Below, piece after piece: positions 48,040-59,069 of a DNA stretch of 59,069 nucleotides. Below the pieces are notes generated by a model that had not been told where the DNA came from, ran no database searches, and saw only the letters and a list, made by a program, of their open reading frames with translations. The first letter of the stretch is position 1, and every line of letters starts with the position of its first letter. The position numbers were made by a program, and so were the translations under genes. The DNA comes from Ruditapes philippinarum (lineage: Eukaryota), in the NCBI RefSeq assembly GCF_026571515.1, contig NW_026856668.1, positions 496,001 through 555,069 of the forward strand, read 5' to 3'.

Positions 48040-48460
48040 GCATATATTAAGTAAACTTAAGTTGAGTGAAAAGCTTAAGTGAAAAACTTAAGTAAATAGT
48101 GAAGTGAAATACTTAAGTAAATAGTGAAGTGAAATACTTAAGTGAATAGTGAAGTGAATAATTAAGTGAATAGTGAAGTGAAATACTTAAGTAAATAGTG
48201 AAGTGAAATACTTAAGTGAATAATGAAGTGAAATATTTAAGTGAATAGTGAAGTGAAATACTTAAGTGAATTGTGAAGTGAAATACTTAAGTGAATTGTG
48301 AAGTGAAATACTTAAGTGAATTGTGGAGTGAAATACTTAAGTGGATAGTGAATACTTAAGTTGAGGAAATACTAACATCAAGTGAATACTTAAGTTGAGT
48401 GGATACTTAAGTTGAGTGAATACTTAAGTGAATACTTAAGTAAAAACTTAAGTGAGTTAA
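48040..48460 (+). repeat. 25-bp tandem array in the retrotransposon leader
   Basis: Unit GAAGTGAAATACTTAAGTGAATAGT at 48101, 48126, 48151 and onward. About 10 good copies plus degenerate ACTTAAGT flanks. Confidence 0.92.
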
Positions 48461-48514
48461 TTCAGAAGTGGATTCATTTGGTGATTTTGAGAGAAGTGAA
48501 TTTAGAAATCTAAT

Positions 48515-49630
48515 ATGGCAACCGGAGGAAAGGAAACGAAGAAGAGTGAGGATGTGATAAGTGAGGAGGAAAGACAAATATTTGATGTGTTTCATAAATT
48601 ATCTGTGAAACCAGAGAAATGGGAAACTCCAGAAGATTTAATTACATTCGTTGAGTATGTCAAAAGTTTTAAAAGTGGACCTTCAACTAAGGTAGTAACA
48701 GATGAGAGTAGTTCTAAAGGGAGTTACCAATTTCCGAGAATATCTACATTTTACGGAGAAGATAATAAAGGAGACGTGAGCTGGGAGACATTTTATTTTG
48801 AAATTTGTTCATTGTTAGCTGACAAATATTTTACAGATGACCAGATACTTCTTGGTATTCGTAGAGCAGTTAAAGGAAATGCAAGTGATGTAGTGAGACG
48901 ACTTGGGATTGGAGTTACAGTGAAAGAAGTGTTGACGAAATTGGAAAGTACATTTGGAAATATAGAAACAAAGGAGAGCATTCTTAGAAAATTCTATTCC
49001 ACAAAACAATCAAATGAGTCTATTCTTAGTTTTTCATCAAAATTGGAAGAAATATTTACGCAGGCAGTCAGTTTGAAAGCTTTGAAGAAAACAGATGATG
49101 AAATATTAAAGCAAGTACTGTACCAAGGATTAAGACCAGACATTAAACATTTAGCAGCTTATAAGTGTGACACTATAGATGATTATGATCGTTTCAAAAT
49201 AGAATTGAGGAAGGTAGAAGCTGAACTAAAGTCAGAATCGGAATCTACTACTAAAAGATGTAATGTGGCAGCAAATTTAGAGAAGAAAGAAACTTCAGAA
49301 ATGTCAGAAGTGAAAGATCTTTTAAAGAAGCTGAATGACAGAATTGATAATATTGAAAAGGAAAAGAAACAAGATCAACATCAATACAATTACAATAGAT
49401 TTCCAAGAGGATACAGAGGTTCATGGAGAGGTTCTAATTACAGAGGTTATAGAGGAAGAGGTAGAAATGACATTAGACCTGCAAGACCTATTGGTACAAA
49501 CACGTTTCAGCCAACTTGCTATAATTGCAATGAGAAGGGACATCTATCTAGAAACTGCCCACTAAATCAGCCAACATGTTTTAAGTGTAATGAAAAAGGA
49601 CACATTGCCAAGCACTGCCCAAAAGAATAA
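48515..49630 (+). CDS. gag: Gag (PNMA-like capsid, RG-rich segment, two CCHC zinc knuckles)
   Basis: Intact 371-aa ORF containing [14 protein letters not shown] and [14 protein letters not shown]. Confidence 0.93.
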   Translation: MATGGKETKKSEDVISEEERQIFDVFHKLSVKPEKWETPEDLITFVEYVKSFKSGPSTKVVTDESSSKGSYQFPRISTFYGEDNKGDVSWETFYFEICSLLADKYFTDDQILLGIRRAVKGNASDVVRRLGIGVTVKEVLTKLESTFGNIETKESILRKFYSTKQSNESILSFSSKLEEIFTQAVSLKALKKTDDEILKQVLYQGLRPDIKHLAAYKCDTIDDYDRFKIELRKVEAELKSESESTTKRCNVAANLEKKETSEMSEVKDLLKKLNDRIDNIEKEKKQDQHQYNYNRFPRGYRGSWRGSNYRGYRGRGRNDIRPARPIGTNTFQPTCYNCNEKGHLSRNCPLNQPTCFKCNEKGHIAKHCPKE

Positions 49631-52600
49631 GTGCTCAGATTTCGGAATCCAATCAGGGCACTACTATTAATAGAGATTCCAAATTAGTAGGAAATACCAA
49701 CGAGGTTAATATATCCATCAACAACATAGATACAACAGCTTTATTAGACAGTGGAAGTTGTGTTAGCCTGATTTCGCAGTCTTTTCATAACAGCCATCTT
49801 CAACATATTAAAATTCAGCCTTTGGAAAACATATTGAACATTGAATGTGCTGATGGAAAACAATTACCTTATTTAGGATATCTTGAATTAGAACTCAGCA
49901 TTAAAGTGGGACTGCCAAAATCTAAATCTCTGACATGCCTGTTCTTAGTAACACCAGATACAGATTATTCCACAACAACTCCAGTCATTCTTGGGACAAA
50001 CATATTGAACGAATTACTAATGGAATGTAAACAAAATTTTGGGGAACAGTTTCTACAGAAGGCGCAACTACACACTTCTTGGTATTTGTCATTTAGATGT
50101 TTGGTTTTAAGGGAAAAAGAATTAAAGAAGAACAAAGATAGACTAGCCATAATTAGAAATGCTACACCTCATAGATTGATCATCCATCCAAATGAAACTT
50201 TGAATATCCAAGGATACATGGACAAGGAAATAGATTATCATCCCACAGTCGCAATTACTCAGGAATCTAAAGAATCATCATTACCTGATTACATTGATGT
50301 CACACCAAGCGTTGTAAACTACAATTATGGAAAGAATAATGAAGTTACAATCAGCATCTCTAATTTAACAAGCAATTCAGTGACTATTGCTCCAAAAGCT
50401 ATTTTGTGTGAGCTACAACCAGTGACAGTTGATGAAGAAGTTTTTAATAGGATGGAAGATACATATATACATGATGACCTGATAGAAGGAATTAACATAG
50501 ACAATAGCAAACAACTCGATGATCACCAAACATTACAGATCAAACACTTGCTATATAAACACAAAGATATTTTCTCCCACAGTGATACTGATATCGGAAA
50601 TTGTACTATGATGAAACACAGAATAGATTTAATAGATGAACTCCCATTCAAACAAAGACATAGAAGAATACCTCCGATGATGATTGATGAAATAAGAAGA
50701 CATTTAGAACAATTACTTTCAGCTGGCATTATAAGAAAATCAAAATCTCCTTGGGCTTCAAACGTGGTTCTTGTTCGTAAAAGAATGGCAAACTGAGACT
50801 TTGTGTAGATTACAGGATGCTAAACAATAAAACGGTCAAAGATTCGTACGCTTACCTCGCATTGAAGAAGTGTTTGATGTTTTGAAAGGAAGCAGATATT
50901 TTTCAACCAGAAATCTGGGTATCATCAAGTAGAAATAGAGGAAACACACAAAGAGAGGACTGCTTTTACCTGTGGACCGTAAAGATTCTGGGAGTATAAC
51001 AAAATGCCATTCGGGCTAAGTAATGCACCAGCTACATATCAAAGATTAATGGAGGAATGCTTAGGAGAGTATAATATGAAGATCTGTGTAATTTATTTGG
51101 ATGACCTTATCATATTCAGCAACACTTTTGAAGAACATTTAGAAAACTTGGACAAAATTCTTACCAGATTAAAAGAGTGCAACTTGAAACTTTCAGCAGA
51201 AAAATGCTTCTTCATTCAAGAAAAAGTGAAATTCTTAGGACATATAGTGAGTAGGGAAGGAGTAGAGACAGACCCGGAAAAAATTGAGAAAAAAAAAAGA
51301 ACTGGCCTTTACCAAAAACATCAGATGATCTGAGATCATTTCTAGCATTCTGTGGTTCCTATAGAAGATTCATCAATAATTCTTCCAGAATAACAAAACC
51401 ATTATCGGAATTGCTACCTCCAACATCAAAGAAATCAAAGAAACATTTTAAAGAGTGAAAATGGACCGAAACCGAGGAAGAGATATTCAATAGACTTAAA
51501 GAAATTCTTTCAACTTCACAAATTTTGGCATATCCAGATTTTGATCTTCCTTTTGAATTGCATACAGATGCATCGTCCAAAGCTTTAGGCGCTATCCTTT
51601 ACCAAGTCCAAGACAACAAAAAACGTGTAATATCCTATGCCAGTCGTGCACTTTCAAAATCGGAGAAGAATTACTCTGCATTTAAATTGGAATTTTTGGC
51701 TTTGAAATGGGCGGTGACGGAAAATTTTTCAGACTATTTGGCTTTAAAGCATTTTACAGTTTTAACAGACAATAACCCTCTCACTCATGTCTTAACAACA
51801 GCTAAATTGGATGCTACAGGACAGAGATGGGCATCAGCTCTTGGAGAATTCAACTTTGATATTATTTATCGGGCAGGAATCAAGACTGCTGATGCAGATG
51901 GAATGTCTAGATACCCATATGAGGAAGTACAGCAGAATGGAACAGACATGGTGAAAATTGACAACAAGATAGTGAAAACAATATGCAGCAGTATTATTTT
52001 TCCTCCTTACATTGAAACATTACCAACTACTAGTATCAATATAATAGAAGCTACAGAATCACCAGAAACTCCTATGGCACAAATTGAAATGAGGGAAATA
52101 AGACAAAATCAAAGACAAGATGAAACAATTGAGAGGTGGCGGAGGGCTGTGATAGACAATAAACTACCAAGTAAGAACATAAACAGGGATGACATCTTAA
52201 TGAGAAGTAACTTCAAGAACTTTACAATGAAAAGAGGTATCTTACATAGACATTTAGAAGAACAAAAGGTAGACCAACTTGTCATACCAACTTGTTATCG
52301 CAACGATATATTAAAGGTCTTCACGACGATGTAGGCCATCCTGGAAGGGAAAGAACTTCAGCACTTTTGAAAGAGAGATTTTATTGGCCAAGGATGATAG
52401 CAGATGTAGATAATCATTTGTCAAAATGTAGTCGATGTTTACGTCGTAAAACAAATGTTCACAGTCGAGCTCCTTTAATAAATATTACAACAACATACCC
52501 ATTGGAAATGGTGTGCATGGATTATCTGACGTTAGAACCAGCAAAAGGAATTGGAAACATTTTAGTAATAACTGATCATTTCACAAAATTCGCTATGGCA

Positions 52601-54022
52601 ATCCCAACAAAGAATCAAACTGCAAAAACAACAGCAGAAGCTTTTTATAACAACTTCATCATACATTATGGAATTCCTACAGCAATACATTCTGATCAAG
52701 GAGCAAACTTTCAATCAGAGATCATTAAAGAATTATGTGTTATCACACAGATGAAAAAGACAAAGACTTCCATATATCACGCCATGGGTAACGGAATTAC
52801 AGAGCGATTCAACCGGACGCTTCTTGATATGTTAGGTACTTTAGAAACTTCACAGAAAACGGATTGGAAGAAGTACATACCAACACTAGTCTACGCATAC
52901 AATTCAACACCACATGAAACAACGAAAATTTCCCCTTTTGAATTAATGTTTGGCAGAAAGGCAAAACTTCCTATTGATGCTGTATTTCAACAAGCAACAG
53001 ATGAAAATGAAACAACAGAAATGCCTAAAACAGACTACATCAAAGAATTGAAAGAACGTATGGAAAGGACAAATCAAATAGTTAAAGATATCTCTGATAA
53101 AGCAAGACTTAAACAGAAGAAATATTTTGATAAGAAGGCCAAGGCAGCAACTATATCTGTTGGTGACAAAGTACTGGTAAAAATTTTGAAATTTGATGGT
53201 AAGCATAAAATTGCTGACAAGTTTGAAGAGGAACTATATAAAGTCACTGAACAACCCAGACATGATATACCTGTGTTTAAAGTGAGATCGGAAATATCAG
53301 GAGTAGAGAAGATACTACATAGAAACCATTTGTTTCCAGTCCAAAGTCAGGAAACAACAGAAGAAGAGTTAAATATGGATATAATCGATGCATCGAAAGG
53401 GATGGAAAATGAAGATGATGACGATAATGATGATGATGATTCTGACTCAGATAATGGATACGCAGTTGTTAATAATACATCTGAATTTGGGGACGCCCAT
53501 AATCCTTTACCTTTGACAGAAGATCATGATATACCGAAGGCAGAAAATAAAGTAGACATAGAAAACAAAGGAACAGACGAAGAGGAACTTGAATCTAATG
53601 AGATTGAAGAAGTGGATGACATAGAAATACAAAGTGTGGATTCAAATCATCATGAAGAACATGTAGATTCAGATGACACACCTATTGAAATACACACAGG
53701 TATAGACAACGACTCAGATGACAATTCAGAAACAAGCACGGAAGTGACAGATGAAAATTCACATGTTGATGAAGGTCCAGGAATTGAAGAAATCCCTGAA
53801 GAGCCTCCACCAAAACCACCTCCAAGGCCTAAGCCAACTCCAAGACGTTCTGTAAGAGAACGTAAACCACCAAATTGGCAAAGTGATTACCACATGAATC
53901 GAATGGTACCAAGACCATATGATACCAATCTACAGGCATTAGATGTATTGATGAATTCTGGCGTATTGAACAGGATTGATATTCATGTGGCACAGAAGTT
54001 ATTAAATACATTGTCTGATTGA
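49594..54022 (+). pseudogene. pol: Pol polyprotein (protease, RT, RNase H, integrase), interrupted
   Basis: Motifs: protease ALLDSGS (~49738-49758); RT SPWAS, LRLCVDYR, MPFGL, YLDD (51094-51105); RNase H LHTDAS, YSAFKLE, TDNNPL; integrase GHPG, C..C, MDY, HSDQG, ERFN. Lesions: frameshifts near 50782, 50852, 50908, 51290 and 52310, stops at 50980 and 51456. Confidence 0.93.
52292..54022 (+). CDS. Integrase ORF segment with long acidic/Pro-rich C-terminal extension
   Basis: HHCC and DDE motifs, SPFELMFGR, then ~220 aa rich in D/E with PPPKPPPRPKP and PRRSVRERKPP. Confidence 0.85.
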   Translation: MLSQRYIKGLHDDVGHPGRERTSALLKERFYWPRMIADVDNHLSKCSRCLRRKTNVHSRAPLINITTTYPLEMVCMDYLTLEPAKGIGNILVITDHFTKFAMAIPTKNQTAKTTAEAFYNNFIIHYGIPTAIHSDQGANFQSEIIKELCVITQMKKTKTSIYHAMGNGITERFNRTLLDMLGTLETSQKTDWKKYIPTLVYAYNSTPHETTKISPFELMFGRKAKLPIDAVFQQATDENETTEMPKTDYIKELKERMERTNQIVKDISDKARLKQKKYFDKKAKAATISVGDKVLVKILKFDGKHKIADKFEEELYKVTEQPRHDIPVFKVRSEISGVEKILHRNHLFPVQSQETTEEELNMDIIDASKGMENEDDDDNDDDDSDSDNGYAVVNNTSEFGDAHNPLPLTEDHDIPKAENKVDIENKGTDEEELESNEIEEVDDIEIQSVDSNHHEEHVDSDDTPIEIHTGIDNDSDDNSETSTEVTDENSHVDEGPGIEEIPEEPPPKPPPRPKPTPRRSVRERKPPNWQSDYHMNRMVPRPYDTNLQALDVLMNSGVLNRIDIHVAQKLLNTLSD

Positions 54023-54394
54023 AATATTGTATTCAGTACTTTTGTATTTAATTTTATATGTAATGTATTGTTTGAATTTTTGTAATTTTTTAACCTTAAT
54101 TGAATAAATTTATATTCTAATCATTGAATAAAAGCCAATATAAATTAAAATAATTCAGTATATATTGCGAGGTCGCAATATTTAAGAAGGGGGAGGGAAG
54201 AATTGAATTTATATAGACTGTTGTAGAGATTAACTTTATATACTTGAAGTTAACTGATATTGGAAGAGTTGTAAAAAATTTCTGATTGATTCAGAATACT
54301 GATGAGTTATATTTTGAGAATTGTTTTCTTCAAATAGAATTATTTGATGTGGATTATTCTTTGTATATATGATAATGACGGGACGTCATTTTCT

Positions 54395-54408
54395 AAGGTG
54401 GGGAAGTG
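54395..54408 (+). promoter_or_regulatory. Polypurine tract
   Basis: AAGGTGGGGAAGTG immediately before the 3' LTR. Confidence 0.85.
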
Positions 54409-55426
54409 TGTAACAGGATGGATAATTCGAGTGTCTTGATACATTTTTGGTTGTTTGAGTTGTTTCCCTTGGTTTCCCGCAATTTTGATCATGTGACTAG
54501 TTTTGTCTTTGTTGAAGCGGCTTTGTAAAAATTAAGATCAGACATTTTCTTAGTGTTTTAAATTTATTTAAAATTTGGATTATTGATAGTTGGTATGTAT
54601 GATTTTGAGTTGTATTCGGTTATTATCAGTGTTTTAAAAGTGTATGTCATAGATTTGTTTTTTAATTAAGTAATGATTGTGGTCTTATTTGAAATATCAT
54701 TAGTTTTCGTGGTTTGAGAATTGTTTCAGAAAAAGCAGTAAATCTATCTTTCTATTAACTTAATATCACATTTCATTCCCATCACTTTGCACATTTTGTT
54801 TATTATAATTTGCAGAAATTACAGCACAGAGAGTTTGGAAGTATGTGTGTTTTGAAAAAGATGATGTAATATGATATAATTGTACATTCAGTTCCACAAA
54901 CTGGTAAGTTTGGATATTCTTTATGAATGTTATGTATTTTATGATAAGTTCATTAAATGAACTATTTATGTTAATGACAGCCAATAGAAAGCATATAACT
55001 ATATTATATGTTAATGTACCTATGAGTGATATGTGTAATGTGTTGCAAATATCTATGTGTAATTGATCAACTAAATAAGGATGTTTTTATAATTGATAAT
55101 TATGCTTTTCAGATATAGGAACTGGATTTTACTTTATTTTTATGTTGATATAATTTGTTTACTTTCAGAGTGTTGATCGATTCGATTGATTGAGATTTAT
55201 TGAAGGTTTATTGACGATTCATTGACGATTGATTTTGTCGATATTTGGATATGTAAGATTGATATACATGTATGTGTCAGAACTAGAAGATAAATAAATA
55301 TATAAGAACTGTGCACAGTTATTTGTTTGGAAAGACATCTTTGATCCATATTTAGACGCCGCAGCGATATAAGAATAGAACCCAATTTCTTGGTTATTAC
55401 AACCTTTCAATTTCAACCAAGTTACA
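54409..55426 (+). repeat. 3' LTR (1018 bp)
   Basis: Direct repeat of 44902-45931 with scattered substitutions and a few indels. Confidence 0.96.
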
Positions 55427-57920
55427 CAATCATTTATAATCCATATGTGTAACGCATGATAAACACGTACCACACCTTTGTAATTGTCCCTTATTATGTT
55501 ATCGCTATTAGCGAAGACCCCCTCTTAAGGTATCTGTTCACACTTGAAGTTAGTAAAAATATGACACTGGTTAAAGTTACATTAAATAAATTTCATAAAA
55601 AACTAAATAGCGACATTTCATTAATAAACTGGGTTTTATATCGACTCCAGGTCTTATTTTGGTGTCCAAACAACCAAAATGAGTTTTATTAGCATAAAAA
55701 TAGGTAACCTCATTGTGGCGAAATGGGAAATACAATTTCTGTTTGCATGAGAAACTCCGCTTTCGGATCATCCGTACATCAATATTAAATCAACAATCAT
55801 GACTATAAGTAGCAGTCCTAATTTAACGGTATATTTCCGCATTGTAACGGATGTTTTCATACAAATTTAATCTTTTTACGAGATTATTACTTTTACTGAA
55901 CCCCAGGTTTAGTGCACCGTGAAGCTTAAACGGTTAAAGTGTGTTTTGCACAAAAAATATCACATTTGCTGTGTTCGGATAGCAACTATAAAAACTGTGA
56001 CGTAGCGCATACACGAGCCCATTATAGTCTTCATTTGCATGTTAAAATTCGTATACGAACTTTAGTGGTACCGTGGGGTTTCCCGTTTAAAATCCTTATT
56101 TATGAACAATATTTGATGCGATTTACAATAATACTATAAAACAGGTTAATGAAACTGTAGAATGTTTGATTTTTAGGCCGACGGCAAAATATTTTTACAT
56201 ATTTATTTAATGTAACTTTAAATTACCATGTTGATCATGTTGAGCATAATTGTTTATTATACAATAATTGTAATATCTATTAATTTTAATTAAAAAAAAA
56301 CAAATTTTATGAATATTGTTTTCTTTTCTTTTTTGTGTTTTATGTGCTATTTTAATACTGAGTTTTTACTACTCTTTTTTTATTAAAATTGTAAAATAAA
56401 TTTTAAGAATTCAATTGTCATATTGACCGACGATTATAAGTCAAAGCTTAACTGGAAAAAGTCAGTAAATTATGGTTTATCTTTCAATACATAATATTGT
56501 TTATTCTTAAACCATGTACATGTACATTTGTATTTTTCTTTATCATTTTTTAAATTATCAATCAATTGAATAATTCATAAAATCTACTTTGTAACTTTGA
56601 ATAATTCCTCGGCATCTTTACTAAACACGGATAACAAATTAAATAAAATGTTTCAAAGTTGATAATGTCATTTTAATACCATAAAAATGTACCTTTTTCT
56701 CAATTATTGTACATATCACGGATTTATATTACATATAAATCCGTGTACATATTTATTGTTTTTATCTCATATAGATAAAATGAAACATGCTATTGTTGTT
56801 TTTTGTTTTTTTCTAATTGTAACGATATCAAACATCTACTCCAAAACCGGGAGAGACCGGACAATAAACGTGTGTTCACTAGTAAATCCCGGTCAAAATA
56901 GACCGGGAGAGACCGGTAATTACCGATAGGAGTGATAAATAGATATATCTATAAATAGATTTTTGGAATATTTAGGTCATCAACTGATCATTCTAGGATA
57001 CATGTACAACAATAACATACCATGATAACCCACTGTGTACTACAAAATGATAAATAAAAAACCCCGAAGAGCGCGGTTTATTGACGGAAAAGGTTATTTC
57101 ATTTGAAAATGTTTGCATTGCGAAATTCTCCAGTTCGCTATTCATTGTAACATATCGCGACATTTCATTCTTAATTAATAATCAAGCAGCCTCATACCGA
57201 TCGGAATGATCGGATTTTATTATGACCGACTAAAAGGCTCGAGAAGTTGCTGTCGCCCTTTCACAAAATCTGATTTCATTCCATAAGAGCGCCGCGCTTC
57301 GGCGCGGACGCCAACAAAACAAGAGAACTAACTTAAATATAGGGAAAATGCCAAGAACTTTTCATAATTGCTTAAAATAAAGTAAAAGTAAAAAAGGAGT
57401 AAATAAACCCCTGTACCACTTATCTTAAGCTCATGTTTTATTACAGTTTTATTACTTAATTTGTTGGAATAGTACCTATAAATGATAAAATTAAAATCTA
57501 ATGCAAAAATAAAATATAACAGTACCAAAAGGCTCTATTGTATATGAATAGACATTGATAAAATAAATCAGTTACTATATAAAATTTCCCAACTGTATAT
57601 GATTTATAAAAAACATTAAATATAAAATAACATGCATTATCAGATACAAACATGCATAATCAGATACAGTTTAAAATTAAAGTATAATTATGTAATATCT
57701 GGAACATATATGCGCACACATAAGCTATAAAATGAAAGTCATACATGTATTTTATTCCATTTTAAAAACATTCTGTTTGTATACACATGTACTTTGTTCT
57801 TAAAAAGAATTTCAAAATCTGTTACAGTTTAAAATCCACATCACAGATATGCTATAAAATGACATAAAAACAAATTTCCAGATCCTTCTTTCTTAATTTC
57901 CTGATAATAAAAGGGCTATG

Positions 57921-58157
57921 TCATGCAATAACTGAATGCAAAGTTCTCTCTTTCTCTTTAGAAGAATTTTCCAGACTGGTTGCAAAGTCATTCTCTCTTT
58001 CACTGAGTTCTGGACTGGTTTTGTACTCTACTTCCTGTTCCTGTATATCTGGACTGGTATCATTTTCTCCAGAACTTTGTAGACTGGTTGGAGTAGTGGA
58101 GTATATTGCTAGGCCAATAATAATCACCGCAAAGGAAACAAAATACAACACATGGAA
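57921..58157 (-). CDS. SLC35F2: Last coding exon of a solute carrier family 35 member F1/F2-like transporter
   Basis: TTTCAG acceptor, then FHVLYFVSFAVIIIGLAIYSTTPT, which resembles the final helix of SLC35F1/2 as recalled from the family, followed by an acidic tail and TGA. Upstream exons were not identified in the window. Confidence 0.75.
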   Translation of the reverse strand, partial: FHVLYFVSFAVIIIGLAIYSTTPTSLQSSGENDTSPDIQEQEVEYKTSPELSERENDFATSLENSSKEKERTLHSVIA

Positions 58158-58249
58158 CTGAAAGAAGAGGTAAGAAAAACAATTCTAAGAATCATAAGTG
58201 ATAAAAAAACAAAACATTTTCTTAACAACATCTTGTCATAGACAATGAA

Positions 58250-58550
58250 GCAGCCCACTTCTATCCTTCAAATCTTATACATGGTGTTCACAAAGGGACA
58301 TGATTCTGTCAAAATCCATGCTAGAATTATCAGTCTTGGATAAAAACCTACCATAATGATTATAAATAGGTGTTTGTTATTACAAGAAAATATCTGAGGT
58401 GGTTGATAAGATAAATGTTGTACAAGAAGTTGCATGTAAAATTTTAACTAAAGTGTTTTGATTTGCATATAAAACTTTAACCAAAGTGTTTTGCCAACAC
58501 AGATGCTCAGATCTCATAGCCACATTTCTTTTCAAATAGTTGAGCTTAAA
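58250..58550 (-). mobile_element. Degenerate HINE-like fragment
   Basis: AAGGGACATGATTCTGTCAAAAT and AATAGTTGAGCTTAAA resemble 40211-40234 and 40443-40459. Confidence 0.45.
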
Positions 58551-59069
58551 ATGACCGCATACAAAGAAGTTTCAAGCTTATGCCCTGAGTAGTTAATGAG
58601 ATATAAAGTTGCATTTAAAACCATAATGAAGTATAACCTCAATCAGAGTTGTGGGTAGGTTATCCCCAATAATTAGTCTTGGTCAGTTTAGTTCAGCATA
58701 AGACACCAGCAGTTGTTAGTCAAGGTAGCAGATCTCATGTGTTTTTTTATCAATCATTTTCTTCAATCAAGCCTCAAACTGCTCTGAATAGTTTCCTTAC
58801 ACGAAAGATTTCAAATCCCTTGCCAAAATTTAAGCAACAGTAAGAATGGGCAGGAAATATCAAGGGCAGTAAATATTCTGACTATTTTCCAGGGGCTATT
58901 AATATTCCAACTATCTTACATTTCTTATTGGGTTTTATGTCACTATGAAACTGTTAAGATCATTATGAAAACCTTCCACAGATGCCCATGTCCATCATTA
59001 TTTAAGGCAAAATTGGGTACCTGAATTGAACCATCATCCTTTCATAAGCTTCTTAACATACAATGTAAA

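Larger units (their letters stand above)
44902..55426 (+). mobile_element. Full-length Ty3/Gypsy LTR retrotransposon, 10.5 kb
   Basis: Two ~1-kb direct repeats TGTAAC...GTTACA, 4-bp TSD CAAT (44898-44901 and 55427-55430), PBS, PPT, gag, and domain order PR-RT-RNaseH-IN. Confidence 0.97.

Noticed and set aside
44902-55426. Identity with the bivalve Steamer element, or presence of an env gene
   Set aside because: Steamer has short LTRs, a single ORF and about half this length. Only ~390 bp without an ORF lie between integrase and the 3' LTR, so there is no env.

Overview
AT-rich, intron-rich animal DNA. The repeat families (HINE-type elements, TTAA-flanked MITEs, CORE-type SINEs) and gene content point to a bivalve mollusc, though this is inference. 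Two convergent multi-exon genes were reconstructed by hand from splice sites and reading phase. (1) Plus strand, 11171-27339: a 1109-aa type I membrane protein with signal peptide, an unclassified 8-Cys domain, 11 thrombospondin type 1 (TSP1) repeats (seven of them in one 1200-nt exon), one transmembrane helix and a Tyr-motif-rich tail. (2) Minus strand, 40809-29436: a 534-aa secreted protein with two Ly6/uPAR-like domains that each carry a dibasic site, a Thr-rich linker and two C-type lectin domains. A full-length 10.5-kb Gypsy LTR retrotransposon lies at 44902-55426, with CAAT target duplication, tRNA-Lys primer site, a 2.6-kb leader containing a 25-bp array, intact gag, a predicted -1 frameshift pseudoknot and a disrupted pol. 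The last exon of an SLC35F1/2-like gene is at 57921-58157. The first 4.7 kb is a nest of insertions: an old LINE 3' end split by a satellite-carrying HINE and by a 2.46-kb foldback element with a 6-bp target duplication. There is an assembly gap at 12351-12504. All coordinates and alignments were read by eye and no database searches were run.
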